DNA of 64,000 nt. Origin: Schmidtea nova (taxonomy: Eukaryota). The translations under genes and the position numbers were made by a program. Shown piece by piece: positions 1 to 10,200 of the stretch (position 1 is the stretch's first letter; every line of letters begins with the position of its first letter). The stretch spans positions 293,632,001-293,696,000 of the forward strand of contig CM097882.1 of assembly GCA_044892505.1 (NCBI GenBank), read 5' to 3'. The notes below the pieces were generated by a model. The model was given only the letters and a program-made list of their open reading frames with translations. It had not been told where the DNA came from and did no database searches.

Positions 1-807
1 TCCATCAACTTCTGAATTTCATCTTCCTTTACTGACATCGTTTCAAACGTCTCAACTACTTCCATCTTTTTATCCTCGTTTTCCGGTTCCTTTAGCATGT
101 CTCCTGCCAGACTGCTAACTTCGCTGTCGTCGTAATTCTGTCTATTTCCGCTGTTTGACCAACTTCTCTGTTGATTACACTCTCTTGACATGTGTCCCGT
201 TTTCCCACATGTATAACACGTTTTCACATAACATCGATTCTCTGAGTGACCCTTTTGTCCACACAGTTTGCAGGCTACATTCTGAAAACAATCTTGTTGC
301 CAATGTCCGTTTTTCCCACACGTCTGACATTGCCTATTCTGCCTGTCATTGTAACTATTTCCTCCACTCGTGTTTACTGTGATATATCCGTTATTCTTCC
401 TCGCTGGCGGTTCTTTGAACAATCTCTGTGAATGGGGAATACTTTGATTCATGTTTCTTTTTCCTTGTTCTTCATCTTCCGTCGCTTTTCCCATTACCGC
501 CGTAATTCTCATGTCGTTCATTGCCATATGCAATTCGAATAGGTTGGCTGCTTCCAACGCTTCATCTACTGTTTTACATCCTTTGCATCCCACTTGTGCT
601 CTGATGTCAGGTCTCCTGAGACCTCGTACGAATAACGCTGTCATCAATTCCTCATCTACTGGGCTTCCTCTGTTGAATGCCAGTTTCGCCAACTTTCTTA
701 ATTCGCTTGCGTACACCGCATTTGACTCATTTCTCCTCTGTTTTCTTGCGGAAAACTCATCGAACGCTTCGTTTAATACTTTATTTATCCCAAACGTCTG
801 TTGGAAG
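1..807 (-). pseudogene. Element A gag, 3' part (capsid C-terminus, three CCHC knuckles, start of post-gag region)
   Basis: Minus frame is open from 807 to base 1: FQQTFGINKVLNEAF...CQTCGKNGHWQQDC..CKLCGQKGHSENRC..CYTCGKTGHMSREC..DSEVSSLAGDML, colinear with the B polyprotein. Confidence 0.9.
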
Positions 808-1866
808 CAAGGATTCGGAGCGGAGCGGAGCCCGGAGCCCTGTGCGGCTCCGGAGCGGATAATTTGCTTGGAGTAAAGAGCGGAGCAGTGAGTAAAAAAA
901 TTAGAAGGAGCGGAGCGGTTCCGCTCCGCGGTTCCGTTCCGCTCCACATTTTTTTAAAATTTCTTTTCGAAAACGAATGTAGTGTCAGTTTTGGAAAATT
1001 AGTGTAAGTTTTGTTATTTAGGTATCAATTCAAAATTTTTCTTGCCGGGAAAATGAAAAGTTTGCATGTTGGGTCCAAGGTATATAGATTGTTGGGATCT
1101 AAGTTTGTGTTGATGTGTCAAATAACAGCTAATTATAATCTGAAAATTTAAATGTTTTGATTTATATATATTTTGTTTAATTCAGTTTGAGAATTTTAAA
1201 TTATTTACTGTTTGTCTTTTTAAATAATAATATCCTTGGGTAAGTAAGTTTATCATTATCCTCTTGATATTTAGTTTCATTATTCTTCACTTTTCTTTAT
1301 AGGAAAAATATATGAATAATATAAAACATAAAAGTTATTGATACATATATATTTACATGAATTTATATGTAATGTGTAATGTGAGACACAAAGTTTAAAT
1401 AAATTAAAATTAAGAAGTTAAAATAAAGGTAAATTTAAATTAGTTATTTATTTATACTTTTACTATATTTTCATAAGTTTTTATATTTTGTTGGGCCCGC
1501 CAAATCACCTAAAAACACAATAAAACGAACAAAAGCATGAAACAATAAAGAAATAATAAAAATAAAAATAGCAAGAAAAACAAATTAAAAATAACAATAA
1601 AACGACAAATAATAATTGATAAATTTTCAGTAAAAGGAAATTTTGAAAATAAACCGGTAAACAACCGCAAAAGGGGGCCTGAAATAAGAAAAAATAGAAT
1701 TAAATAAAATAATAGTACAAATAATTAATTAATTACTTGGAAAATCAGGACCACCCAGCGAGAAACCGGAAAAGGAAACAAAATAATGTTTAGATTAGAA
1801 TAAAATAATAAAAATACTTTGATGGACGGCCTGATCCTGATTGGTCAATCCAACCAGACGGATCAG

Positions 1867-1874
1867 TATAAATA
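1867..1874 (+). promoter_or_regulatory. Candidate LTR TATA box (TATAAATA), with a candidate splice donor at 2002 (GAA|GTAATT)
   Basis: The same TATAAATA lies ~400 nt into the A LTR (38890-38897, minus), followed ~100 nt later by AG|GTAAAT (38789). Confidence 0.55.
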
Positions 1875-2995
1875 CCGATCCAAAAATCACAGACAGAGAC
1901 GTTTTACATTTTCACTCACAATCAAGACTAAACTTTGATTTGAGTAATAATTTTTGAAAGAACCGAACTTCATACAAGGAACCACACATTCAAGTACGGA
2001 AGTAATTTTTTTATGTTATCTTATATGATGTACCATGATTTTTATTTAATTAAAAGTTTATATGTAAACGTTATTTTATTTTTTCATTGATTATTTTTAT
2101 TGACACTTTAATGCATATAGCTATACTTCCTATGCTGCTCACGCGGCGAGGGAGTCCGAGTCGTCGTCGTGGGGCCTCAGGGTCTCACATGGCGGTTCAA
2201 CCTTTTTATTGTTTCTGGTTTTCATATTTAATTTGGTAGTTGAAATAATTAAATTACATCATTCAAATTTAACTAGATATTTATCAGCGAGATTAGAGAA
2301 TTTTAATGCTTATTTAGTCGAGTAAAATTTTCAGTCACAGAATATCGATAATGCGAATACGTCCAGACAGTTTTCTGGCGATAAGTAAAAAGTCATCATT
2401 TAGTTGCACAGAGGACGAGTGTCGAGGGCTAAATAGGGAGAGTAGCTGGGTAATGGGAGACACCCCAGGGTAGGGTGTATTCAGCATCATAACGCATAGA
2501 AAAATGAGCCTAATTTGAACCTCCAGCATGGAGAATAATGATAAATAAATAAAACTAATTCATATAATTTCGATAAAATGGAAAATTTCAATGAAGGTTA
2601 AAGTCCGATTTCATTCGGAATTAGTATCTCACCTACAGCGTCACCCGATCGATAAATACCGATCGCATTGGAATGCGACGGAGAATCCACATCAAGTCAT
2701 GAAACTCTAAAAATAGACCGATCGTCGTACATGGCGCGGATATCTAATTTATCTTCCGATCGCTGTATATAGCGCGGAGAATTTTCGAATAAATTTTATA
2801 TTTTCCTTACTGCTGTACATAGCACAGGATTAATTATGAACTCTTTATTCCGACCATGGTAGATCACGGCGGAGAGAAAGAAAATTTACCTTATTATTTT
2901 TAAGTAACTTTTGTGATTATATACAGTATAATTAAATTATCAACGAATTTTCCCCCCTTAACTCAGATATTTTATATCCAATAAATGTAATATAG

Positions 2996-3475
2996 ATGTC
3001 GACAGCTGAACTTATAAATCGATTGACTCAACTACGGAATATGGAACAAGTGAATCTGCGAAATGGAAATATCTCGCAGCTCAAGGATCTACCAGCATCG
3101 ATATTGCGGACCCTCAACTGCCAAATGTATAAGTGGCGACAGGGGTTTGGCCGAAAATGCCCGTTCTCGATATGGACAGGAGGGCACGACCAAATATTCT
3201 ATCGAGGAGGACCGAACTGGCCGATTTCTCAAAGGCCGTACTCGAACAAATTTGGCCGCCTTGTCGTACTGATCAAGGACACCGATGGACGGACAAGCCG
3301 TGTAATTTATTGGGGGCATATCCCTCGTCGGGAACTATGCCAACTAGGCCTACACGAATTCCTGCCACGAAAACCGTTCGGCAAGGAGTGCCAGAAAGGA
3401 CAACCCTCATTCTCTTGGGCTCGTCTCCGTCAGAAACCGATTAACAGCGAACTGCATAGCCTGTTTCGGAGATAA
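2996..3475 (+). CDS. LTR-encoded ORF1, unknown function (159 aa)
   Basis: ATG directly after a TAG acceptor-like site. Segment IKDTDGRTSRVIYWGHIPRRELCQLG aligns with FLDEQNRPRWLLSTGMMSGRALHQLG in the A LTR ORF 37174-37806. Confidence 0.6.
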   Translation: MSTAELINRLTQLRNMEQVNLRNGNISQLKDLPASILRTLNCQMYKWRQGFGRKCPFSIWTGGHDQIFYRGGPNWPISQRPYSNKFGRLVVLIKDTDGRTSRVIYWGHIPRRELCQLGLHEFLPRKPFGKECQKGQPSFSWARLRQKPINSELHSLFRR

Positions 3476-3661
3476 GAACTGATTGTCAAATCTTTAAAAG
3501 TTGTGATTAAATATTAATATTCAGCAGTGTTTTTGTTTTGTTGTTTGGAGTTTTAGTATTGTGTTTTTAATAATTCATATTCGTGACCTAATAATCCTAT
3601 GATCAGATTTTAAATTTCATATAATTAAATCATAGAGTAAATATCCTAAATAAATTATAGA

Positions 3662-4258
3662 ATGAATCCCGATTTGATGCAGAGAGAATTAGAAAAGATG
3701 TGGCGGATTCGGAGGGCCCAGGACAAGGAAGTGGGTCTCCTCAAGGCACAATTGATCAAAGCAGAGGCACAGATTGCATATTTGCGCAAAAGCTGGTTTG
3801 CTCCGGCCCGAATGAAGGAGCAAATCAGTAAAACCGAGCGCGCCCAACAGACTGCAGCCGAGTACCAAATGGAATGGGAGGCTACAAAGATAGAACTCCG
3901 AAAATGCCTCCATTCCGTAACTGCCTCATATATTGAGAGGGAGCTCAGAGAGCAAATCCGTCCAGTTACGTACCAAGCTTGGACATCAGAGAAGAAGACT
4001 TTGAATTCCATTGGTACGGATGTCGCAGATCTAATCGAAAATCGGAATGAGACAGCTCCTGCAGTAAATTCAACCACCTCATCGGTAAATGCGCACCAGA
4101 AACGCAAGCGCATTGGGCAGAAACGGCGGAGACAGAGAAAATTATTTGCCCAGCAATTACAAAGCCAAGTCGATGGTCTACATCAGATGACTGAGGAGGC
4201 ATTATTGACAGAGATTTTTCCTCCGGCGGGAGTTTTTACCGAACTCATTAAAAATTAA
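3662..4258 (+). CDS. LTR-encoded ORF2, coiled-coil plus basic NLS-like motif (198 aa)
   Basis: Homologous to A LTR ORF 36422-36985 (WFAPARMK/WFNPERVK; KRKRIGQKRRRQR/KRRNRLGAKKRRERR). Confidence 0.75.
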   Translation: MNPDLMQRELEKMWRIRRAQDKEVGLLKAQLIKAEAQIAYLRKSWFAPARMKEQISKTERAQQTAAEYQMEWEATKIELRKCLHSVTASYIERELREQIRPVTYQAWTSEKKTLNSIGTDVADLIENRNETAPAVNSTTSSVNAHQKRKRIGQKRRRQRKLFAQQLQSQVDGLHQMTEEALLTEIFPPAGVFTELIKN

Positions 4259-4498
4259 ATAAATTGTTGTATTGGCTTAAGAATTTTATCGTTCATTTAA
4301 ATTGATTTAATTAGCTTTACCAATGATTAGGTAAAGATAGAACAAAAGTATAAATTCATTTTACAAAATATCGAATAGAGATAATTAAATAATTAAGCGA
4401 GCATTCGTTGAAACACTTCTCGCAGACTGAGCAATAATAAAATTAAATTTTCTGAAAGATTAACGCGGAATACATAAGTAGATGATTAAAGCATAAGT

Positions 4499-4640
4499 CC
4501 TTCTAACGGCAGCGATGAACCCGTGAACATAAATGGGGAGTAGTACTAGCGATAGTGCTCACCTGCCCATCATTGTTCAACCACCCTGCGCATCACCAAC
4601 TTGATTATATAGGGAAATAATCAAGGGCGCTTGAGTGTAG
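4499..4640 (+). other. Conserved structured RNA element near the LTR 3' end (U5-like)
   Basis: Blocks CCTTCTA(A/T)CGG, G(A/G)ACCC and GCTCAC, a GNRA hairpin and an AA-bulged hairpin with a TAGGGA loop recur with compensatory changes at 36127-36257(-) and 55565-55697(-), and partly at 55331-55460(+). Confidence 0.65.
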
Positions 4641-4732
4641 AATTGCAATTTTATGCATGATCATGGATGGGGGATCCCTAGTCATTGTTAGAGCATTTTT
4701 CATCTAACCCCTCCATGAACCCAGCATAAATT

Positions 4733-4750
4733 TGGGGGCTCAGCCGGGAT
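4733..4750 (+). other. Primer-binding site, tRNA-Pro type
   Basis: TGGGGGCTCAGCCGGGAT versus the canonical Pro PBS TGGGGGCTCGTCCGGGAT; 6-nt TAAATT spacer after the LTR. Confidence 0.85.
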
Positions 4751-5067
4751 CAACTTCGTTTTATCGGAAAAATGTAAATGTAAAATCTGCAGAGAAGTTT
4801 AAAATGCTCGTGTCAATTAATTTAATAAAAAAAAAAAAAAAACAGAAAGGTCATAATTAAATGTAAATTATTGTATAAAAATTAAATAAACAACACGGCA
4901 GTGAACAAAAGTGAAGTTAAAAATTAAATGCATGCATAGATAATTTGTCGGGACGACAATTTTCGGAAACACGGGGGGAGTTAAATATTAAAAGATACAA
5001 AACGAAACATATTACTACCTTAAAAACGATAAAAATAACAGAGTTAAAACGATTATTTATTCAGTAA

Positions 5068-5529
5068 ATGGAGGAAAAACTGAAAGAAATTGAAGAATTT
5101 CTCAACACAGAAAGCGAAACATTAGAAACGATTGGCAAGAAAATAAACCGATTTAGAGAGACTGAATTTCAGGAACCCACAACACAGACTGAAGAGACGG
5201 ATGAGTTAATAAAGATAACAGAAAGAACAGGTAAAATCGACATAAAGACCCGCTACAAATGGTACAGAGCACGATTAGAAAATGCAGAACTAAACATTAA
5301 GTGCAGGCAAATAGAACAACGATTAACCCCAACATACAATCGATGGAGGGCGCAGGGGGTAGAAGCAGCGAAAAAATACCGACAGTGCTATATATGTGAG
5401 GATAGGGAGATACAAATTATGTTTTTACCTTGCGGACATTTTCGTTTTTGTAAAATATGTGCCAGCAAGCGCGACCTATGTCCTATGTGCAACCTGATGA
5501 TAGACGATAAAATTATTGTATATTTATAG
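5068..5529 (+). CDS. Leader ORF with C-terminal C3HC4 RING of IAP-like type (153 aa)
   Basis: CYICEDREIQIMFLPCGHFRFCKICASKRDLCPMC...KIIVYL at the extreme C-terminus. No BIR domain seen. Homologue in A at 35025-35483. Confidence 0.85.
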   Translation: MEEKLKEIEEFLNTESETLETIGKKINRFRETEFQEPTTQTEETDELIKITERTGKIDIKTRYKWYRARLENAELNIKCRQIEQRLTPTYNRWRAQGVEAAKKYRQCYICEDREIQIMFLPCGHFRFCKICASKRDLCPMCNLMIDDKIIVYL

Positions 5530-6005
5530 TAAATAAAATTTGAATGGAATTTTATTGATTTATTAATAATGAAATCATGGGTACAATTGTAATATATAAA
5601 TAATTTTTGAGCTACTACAAAGTAGTCCGATAAGAATCCATTGGGAGGTACCGATTGATCAACCTAGTCAGGGTGTATAGAAAGGGGCCCATCGCAAATG
5701 TTGGAAAGTTTTTGTGATGTGATTGATCACCACATCCTGCATTAATGGACCAACGCGATCTTTTTGTATATTTTGGTTGGGGAGAGAGATAGGGAAATCT
5801 TGATGGAGTAAAGCGCGCATAAGAAAAATAAATAAAAAGTTGAAGCAGACTGATCAGAATTTAGTTAGGATAGAATAGAGAGATAAATGACATTTTTGAA
5901 AGAATAGAAAGGTGCATAGTCAGCTCGCATAGAAGTAGTTATAACTCAGCTGAGAAATTTTAATCGCTAGCGAAGTAGGGAATTGTGATTAACCGGTTAA
6001 GTAAA

Positions 6006-6240
6006 GTTAGGAGATTTGTCCCTTGAAACAAAGGGTTAGGAGATTTGTCCCTTGAAACAAAGGGTTAGGAGATTTGTCCCTTGAAACAAAGGGTTATGAG
6101 ATTTGTCCCTTGAAACAAAGGGTTAGGAGATTTGTCCCTTGAAACAAAGGGTTATGAGATTTGTCCCTTGAAACAAAGGGTTATGAGATTTGTCCCTTGA
6201 AACAAAGGGTTATTAGCGGTTTGTCCCTTGAAAAAAAGGG
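6006..6240 (+). repeat. Tandem array, 29-bp unit x8 (GTTAGGAGATTTGTCCCTTGAAACAAAGG)
   Basis: Read directly; each unit contains a CCCTT-GAAACA-AAGGG hairpin. Confidence 0.95.
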
Positions 6241-6293
6241 TTGAGGCCAATGAGCCTTATTGAATGACCTAGCTAGGCGTTATGGAGAGATTA

Positions 6294-6630
6294 AACTGAG
6301 GCCAATAGAGCCATTTGAGAGATTAAATTGAGGCCAATAGAGCCATTTGAGAGATTAAATTGAGGCCAAGAGAGCCATTTGAGAGATTAAATTGAGGCCA
6401 ATAGAGCCATTTGAGAGATTAAATTGAGGCCAAGAGAGCCATTTGAGAGATTAAATTGAGGCCAATAGAGCCATTTGAGAGATTAAATTGAGGCCAATAG
6501 AGCCATTTGAGAGATTAAATTGAGGCCAATAGAGCCATTTGAGAGATTAAATTGAGGCCAATAGAGCCATTTGAGAGATTAAATTGAGGCCAATAGAGCC
6601 ATGGGAGATATAAAATTGAGGCCAGAAGAG
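6294..6630 (+). repeat. Tandem array, 32-bp unit x~11 (AAATTGAGGCCAATAGAGCCATTTGAGAGATT)
   Basis: GAGGCCAA recurs every 32 nt from 6298 to 6618. Confidence 0.95.
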
Positions 6631-7245
6631 CCATAGTGAATTATAGAGATATCCGGATAAATAGTAACAGGGGGAATATAGACCCATAGTGTAATCGTCG
6701 ACGAGATTTAGAGTAGTGCGCACTAGTAGTTAAGAGAATGCGAGTAAAGCTGATTATGCAACCTTAAGTAAAGCATGCAAGGAGAATAGTAAAAATTTGG
6801 GCTGACCGGAGCAACCGGCAGAATGAGTAAAACGATTGCTAACAGGGAATAATGAGTAGAGATGATAAAATAATGATAAACGAGTCAGAAAGACTCAGGG
6901 AATTAGAGCGCTCGAGCGACCAATAATTTGGGAAACTGTGGGAAAAGTAATCGATTTGATAAAACATAGATAATTATTACGACGTAAATAGATAATTGTG
7001 ACCAGTCTATAGATAATTTAAATAGACTAAAAATAAAGGGGAATCTGGGAATTGGGAGATAATGAAAACCCAGTAATAAGTAATCCCGAAAGAAAGGGAA
7101 TAAAAGCGCGACGATAACAATAATGTATCGTTGAGGACCTTTGTATTTTAGATATACAAATCAATCAAAGCAATCAATCAAACAAGAAGAATCAGAACAC
7201 GATAATAGATAGGACAAGAAAATTGATAATATAAAAGTAATCCAG

Positions 7246-10200
7246 TTGAGAAAAGGAGCAAAGAGTGTCGTAATAAAGCCAACGGAAAAGAAAGTCGGTA
7301 GCAACATTAACAAAAAAGACAAAACTAGTACTACAACAAAAAAGCAGAAAGCCGGCAAAGATAACCCACAAGGGAGTAAAGCGAGAAAAATAATAAGAGA
7401 TAAATCGATTATCGAAAACGATAAATTGTCAGTAGTAAGCAACAGTTCAAGTAACAAAGAAAACCAAGCAGAACCCAAAGAGAGCCAAACAAGTGAAATA
7501 GAAGTAGACGAAACTAATAACGATAATATAGAAGAATTAGAGAGTGAGGTAGAACAAGAAGTAGAAATCAACGAGAGCGATAACGATAGTATAATATCAG
7601 ATCACGAAGTAATAAGAGAAACAGAAAGTGATTCAAGCTCGAGTGGAACAGAAGACGAACATAACAACGAGTTAGAAACAAGAGGAAACGAAAGTAAAAT
7701 AACTCAAGACAGCGGAATCGAAATGAGCGAACCAAGAGAAGAAATAAAGGATAAATTTTCGGGAGAACCGTTTAACGGAGATGCGAGTAAATTAGAAATT
7801 TTTCTCAAGGAATTTGGCATATTCGTGGAAGTATGCAAATGGAAAGCTGAGACAACAGCAAGTAGAATACAGTTATATTTGAAAGAATGCGCATTGGACC
7901 TATATTTGGAAGCAAAAAACGGTACCAATCCACCTGCAGACTGGCCAGCGATAAAGGACTTTTTCCAACAAACATTTGGAATAAATAGAGTGCTGAGCGA
8001 AGCATTCATAGAATTTTCAATGAGAAAACAAAAGATGAATGAATCTAACGCGGTATACGCGAGCGAATTGAAAAAATTAGCAAAATCGGTATTCAAGGAT
8101 GGGAGTCCAATAAACGAGGAATTAATGGCAGCTATCTTCATAGGAGGATTAAGAAGACCCGACATAAGAGCGCAAGTAGGATGCCAAGGATGCAAAACCA
8201 TAGATCAAGCGTTAGAAACAGCTAACCGATTTGAATTGCATATGATAGGAAGCGAAGGCAGAATTTATTTAGCCATGGACACAGCACAAACCGAACCAGA
8301 AGTGAATCTCAACAATCACATTCCAAATTCGCAACAATTAAACCGACCACCCCCTCAACGAAGGAATGAAGGAAATAAAGTGCAGAACTTTGAAAATCAA
8401 AACAATTACAACCCTCAAAGACAAACAAAACAATGTAAAACATGCGGGAAGTTGGGACACTGGCAGCAAGAATGCTATCAAAATTTGAATTGCGGAAAAT
8501 GTGGAGTCAAAGGACACTCGGAAAGCAGATGTTCTACAATAATCTGTTTTAATTGCGGACGACCTGGTCACTATTCAAGAAATTGCGGACAAAAAAGTAA
8601 TCAACGAGGAAACTGGCAGAGTAATGGGAACCGACCAAATTACGGAAATCAAGCAAATACCGTAAACCGACCAGATTATGGGAACCAACAAGTCAATAAT
8701 AACAATAATCAGAACAAAACCACCCCCAAAGAAATACATTTAATGCAAGAAGTCCAAAGATTGACGGAACTTATAAACAATACGACGAGAGGAAATCCGC
8801 AAACCAATCAACAGCAAATTAGCATGATGAGAAAAATAGAAAGCGAAAACGAACGATTGAATCGAGAAAGTCAAGCACGACACGCTCAGGAATGGGCAAG
8901 AATACAAAGAGAGGATGAGCAAAAACAGCAAGAAAGAGAACGACAACCTCTAAGAATTAACATGCTAAGAGCAACAAACCAAACAGACACTCGCGAGAAA
9001 GAAACCACACTGGAAATGAATTCGATAGACCCAAATCCAGCCGACAACGAAAGTCGAAAAGAGATAGTACAAAAAGATGAAGAAGTAGAAAAAGAAACAA
9101 AAAAGGAAGTGGAAACCGAGATAAACCAGGAAGGGGGAAAGGAGATTTGGAAAAAAGGAATGATGGTAATCATGCCCAACGACCATATGTTTCGATTCCA
9201 ATATAACGCAAAAGAAAAGGTGGAAATACTGTTCAATAAAGTAAACCAGATGATTCCAGGAGTGACAAAACTGCCCAGAGAAGCGTTCTTACAAATAGGA
9301 GATGCACCATCAGTAAAATTGAAATTAACGGATATATGGGAAAACGTGGGAGTAACAGAGACAAAAAGAAATGTGATGAGAATTAAAGAAATAGAACCAG
9401 AAGAAATTCCACCACCAATACGTCACGAAACCCGAATCCGGCGAATATTTGAAGGAAAAATGATAAGAAGACGTTTAAAAGAGATAGACGAGTTGGGAAA
9501 GAAAATGGAAAAAGTCGAAGTAATAGAGGACAAGAGTGAACCAACACAAGAAATTGACAAAAACGAACCAGAACCAACGGAGAATATACAAGGAGAAACG
9601 AACCAAACAGCACATATTAATATGTTAAGAAATACCACCAGAGAGTTCTCCGATGAAGAAGAAGACAGTGACATCAGTAGCCTAGCAGGAGACATATTAA
9701 ATGAATCCGAAGACGAAAATAAAGAGAGAGAAGTAATAAAGACCTCAGAACCTACACAGATAAAAGTAGATGAAATCCAGAAATTACTAGATAACTCACT
9801 AGAAGTAATATATAACGAAGAGTTCATGGACAAGAAACAATATCGGAAATTCATGAAAGCATTACTGCAAATGAACTACAAAGAATGGTTACAAGACCGG
9901 GAAGTAGACATGTTAAATCGATACGTAGGGAAATTAATAGAGGAACCACTTCTCAATTACACCATCTCAATAATAATAAATACATCAACACCAAGAATCT
10001 GGATCAAAACTCCATTCACAGATGATATCTACAGATGGGTAGAGGATAGACTAGGGAGCTCATATAAAAACAAATTCATCTATTCGCAGAATAGACTCGT
10101 AAAGAAAAGAACGCACTTAGTAGAAACAGGTATATGGCCAGGAGAAATAACTTTGTTATCAATATGTGATGAAAAGGAAGAAGAGAACCTACAAGAAGTT

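Larger units (their letters stand above)
1489..4726 (+). repeat. Element B 5' LTR (3238 bp)
   Basis: Direct repeat of 28165-31403. By reading I saw one 1-bp indel (~2034) and three substitutions (~2808, ~4001, ~4192). Confidence 0.97.

Noticed and set aside
3063-3444. Overlapping alternative LTR ORFs (3063-3272, 3133-3444, 3655-4113 minus)
   Set aside because: Only the 2996 and 3662 frames show similarity to the A LTR ORFs.
4499-4580. Assignment of the U5 motif to a known ribozyme class (GCUCA recalls twister-sister)
   Set aside because: Other required conserved residues and junctions could not be matched by eye.
5180-5200. TQT-type dynein light chain (LC8) motifs in the RING ORF, A ORF2 and polyprotein
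   Set aside because: Not conserved between A and B orthologues; short motifs arise by chance.
6020-6036. Resemblance of the repeat hairpin to phage lambda boxB (GCCCUGAAAAAGGGC)
   Set aside because: Short motif; no reason to infer homology in a eukaryotic element.
6006-6630. CRISPR-like arrays (also 33790-34330)
   Set aside because: Head-to-tail repeats without unique spacers; eukaryotic context; no cas genes.
7210-7215. Flatworm spliced-leader AUG supplying the gag start at TAG|GAC
   Set aside because: In frame in B, but there is no pyrimidine tract and the equivalent site in A is out of frame.
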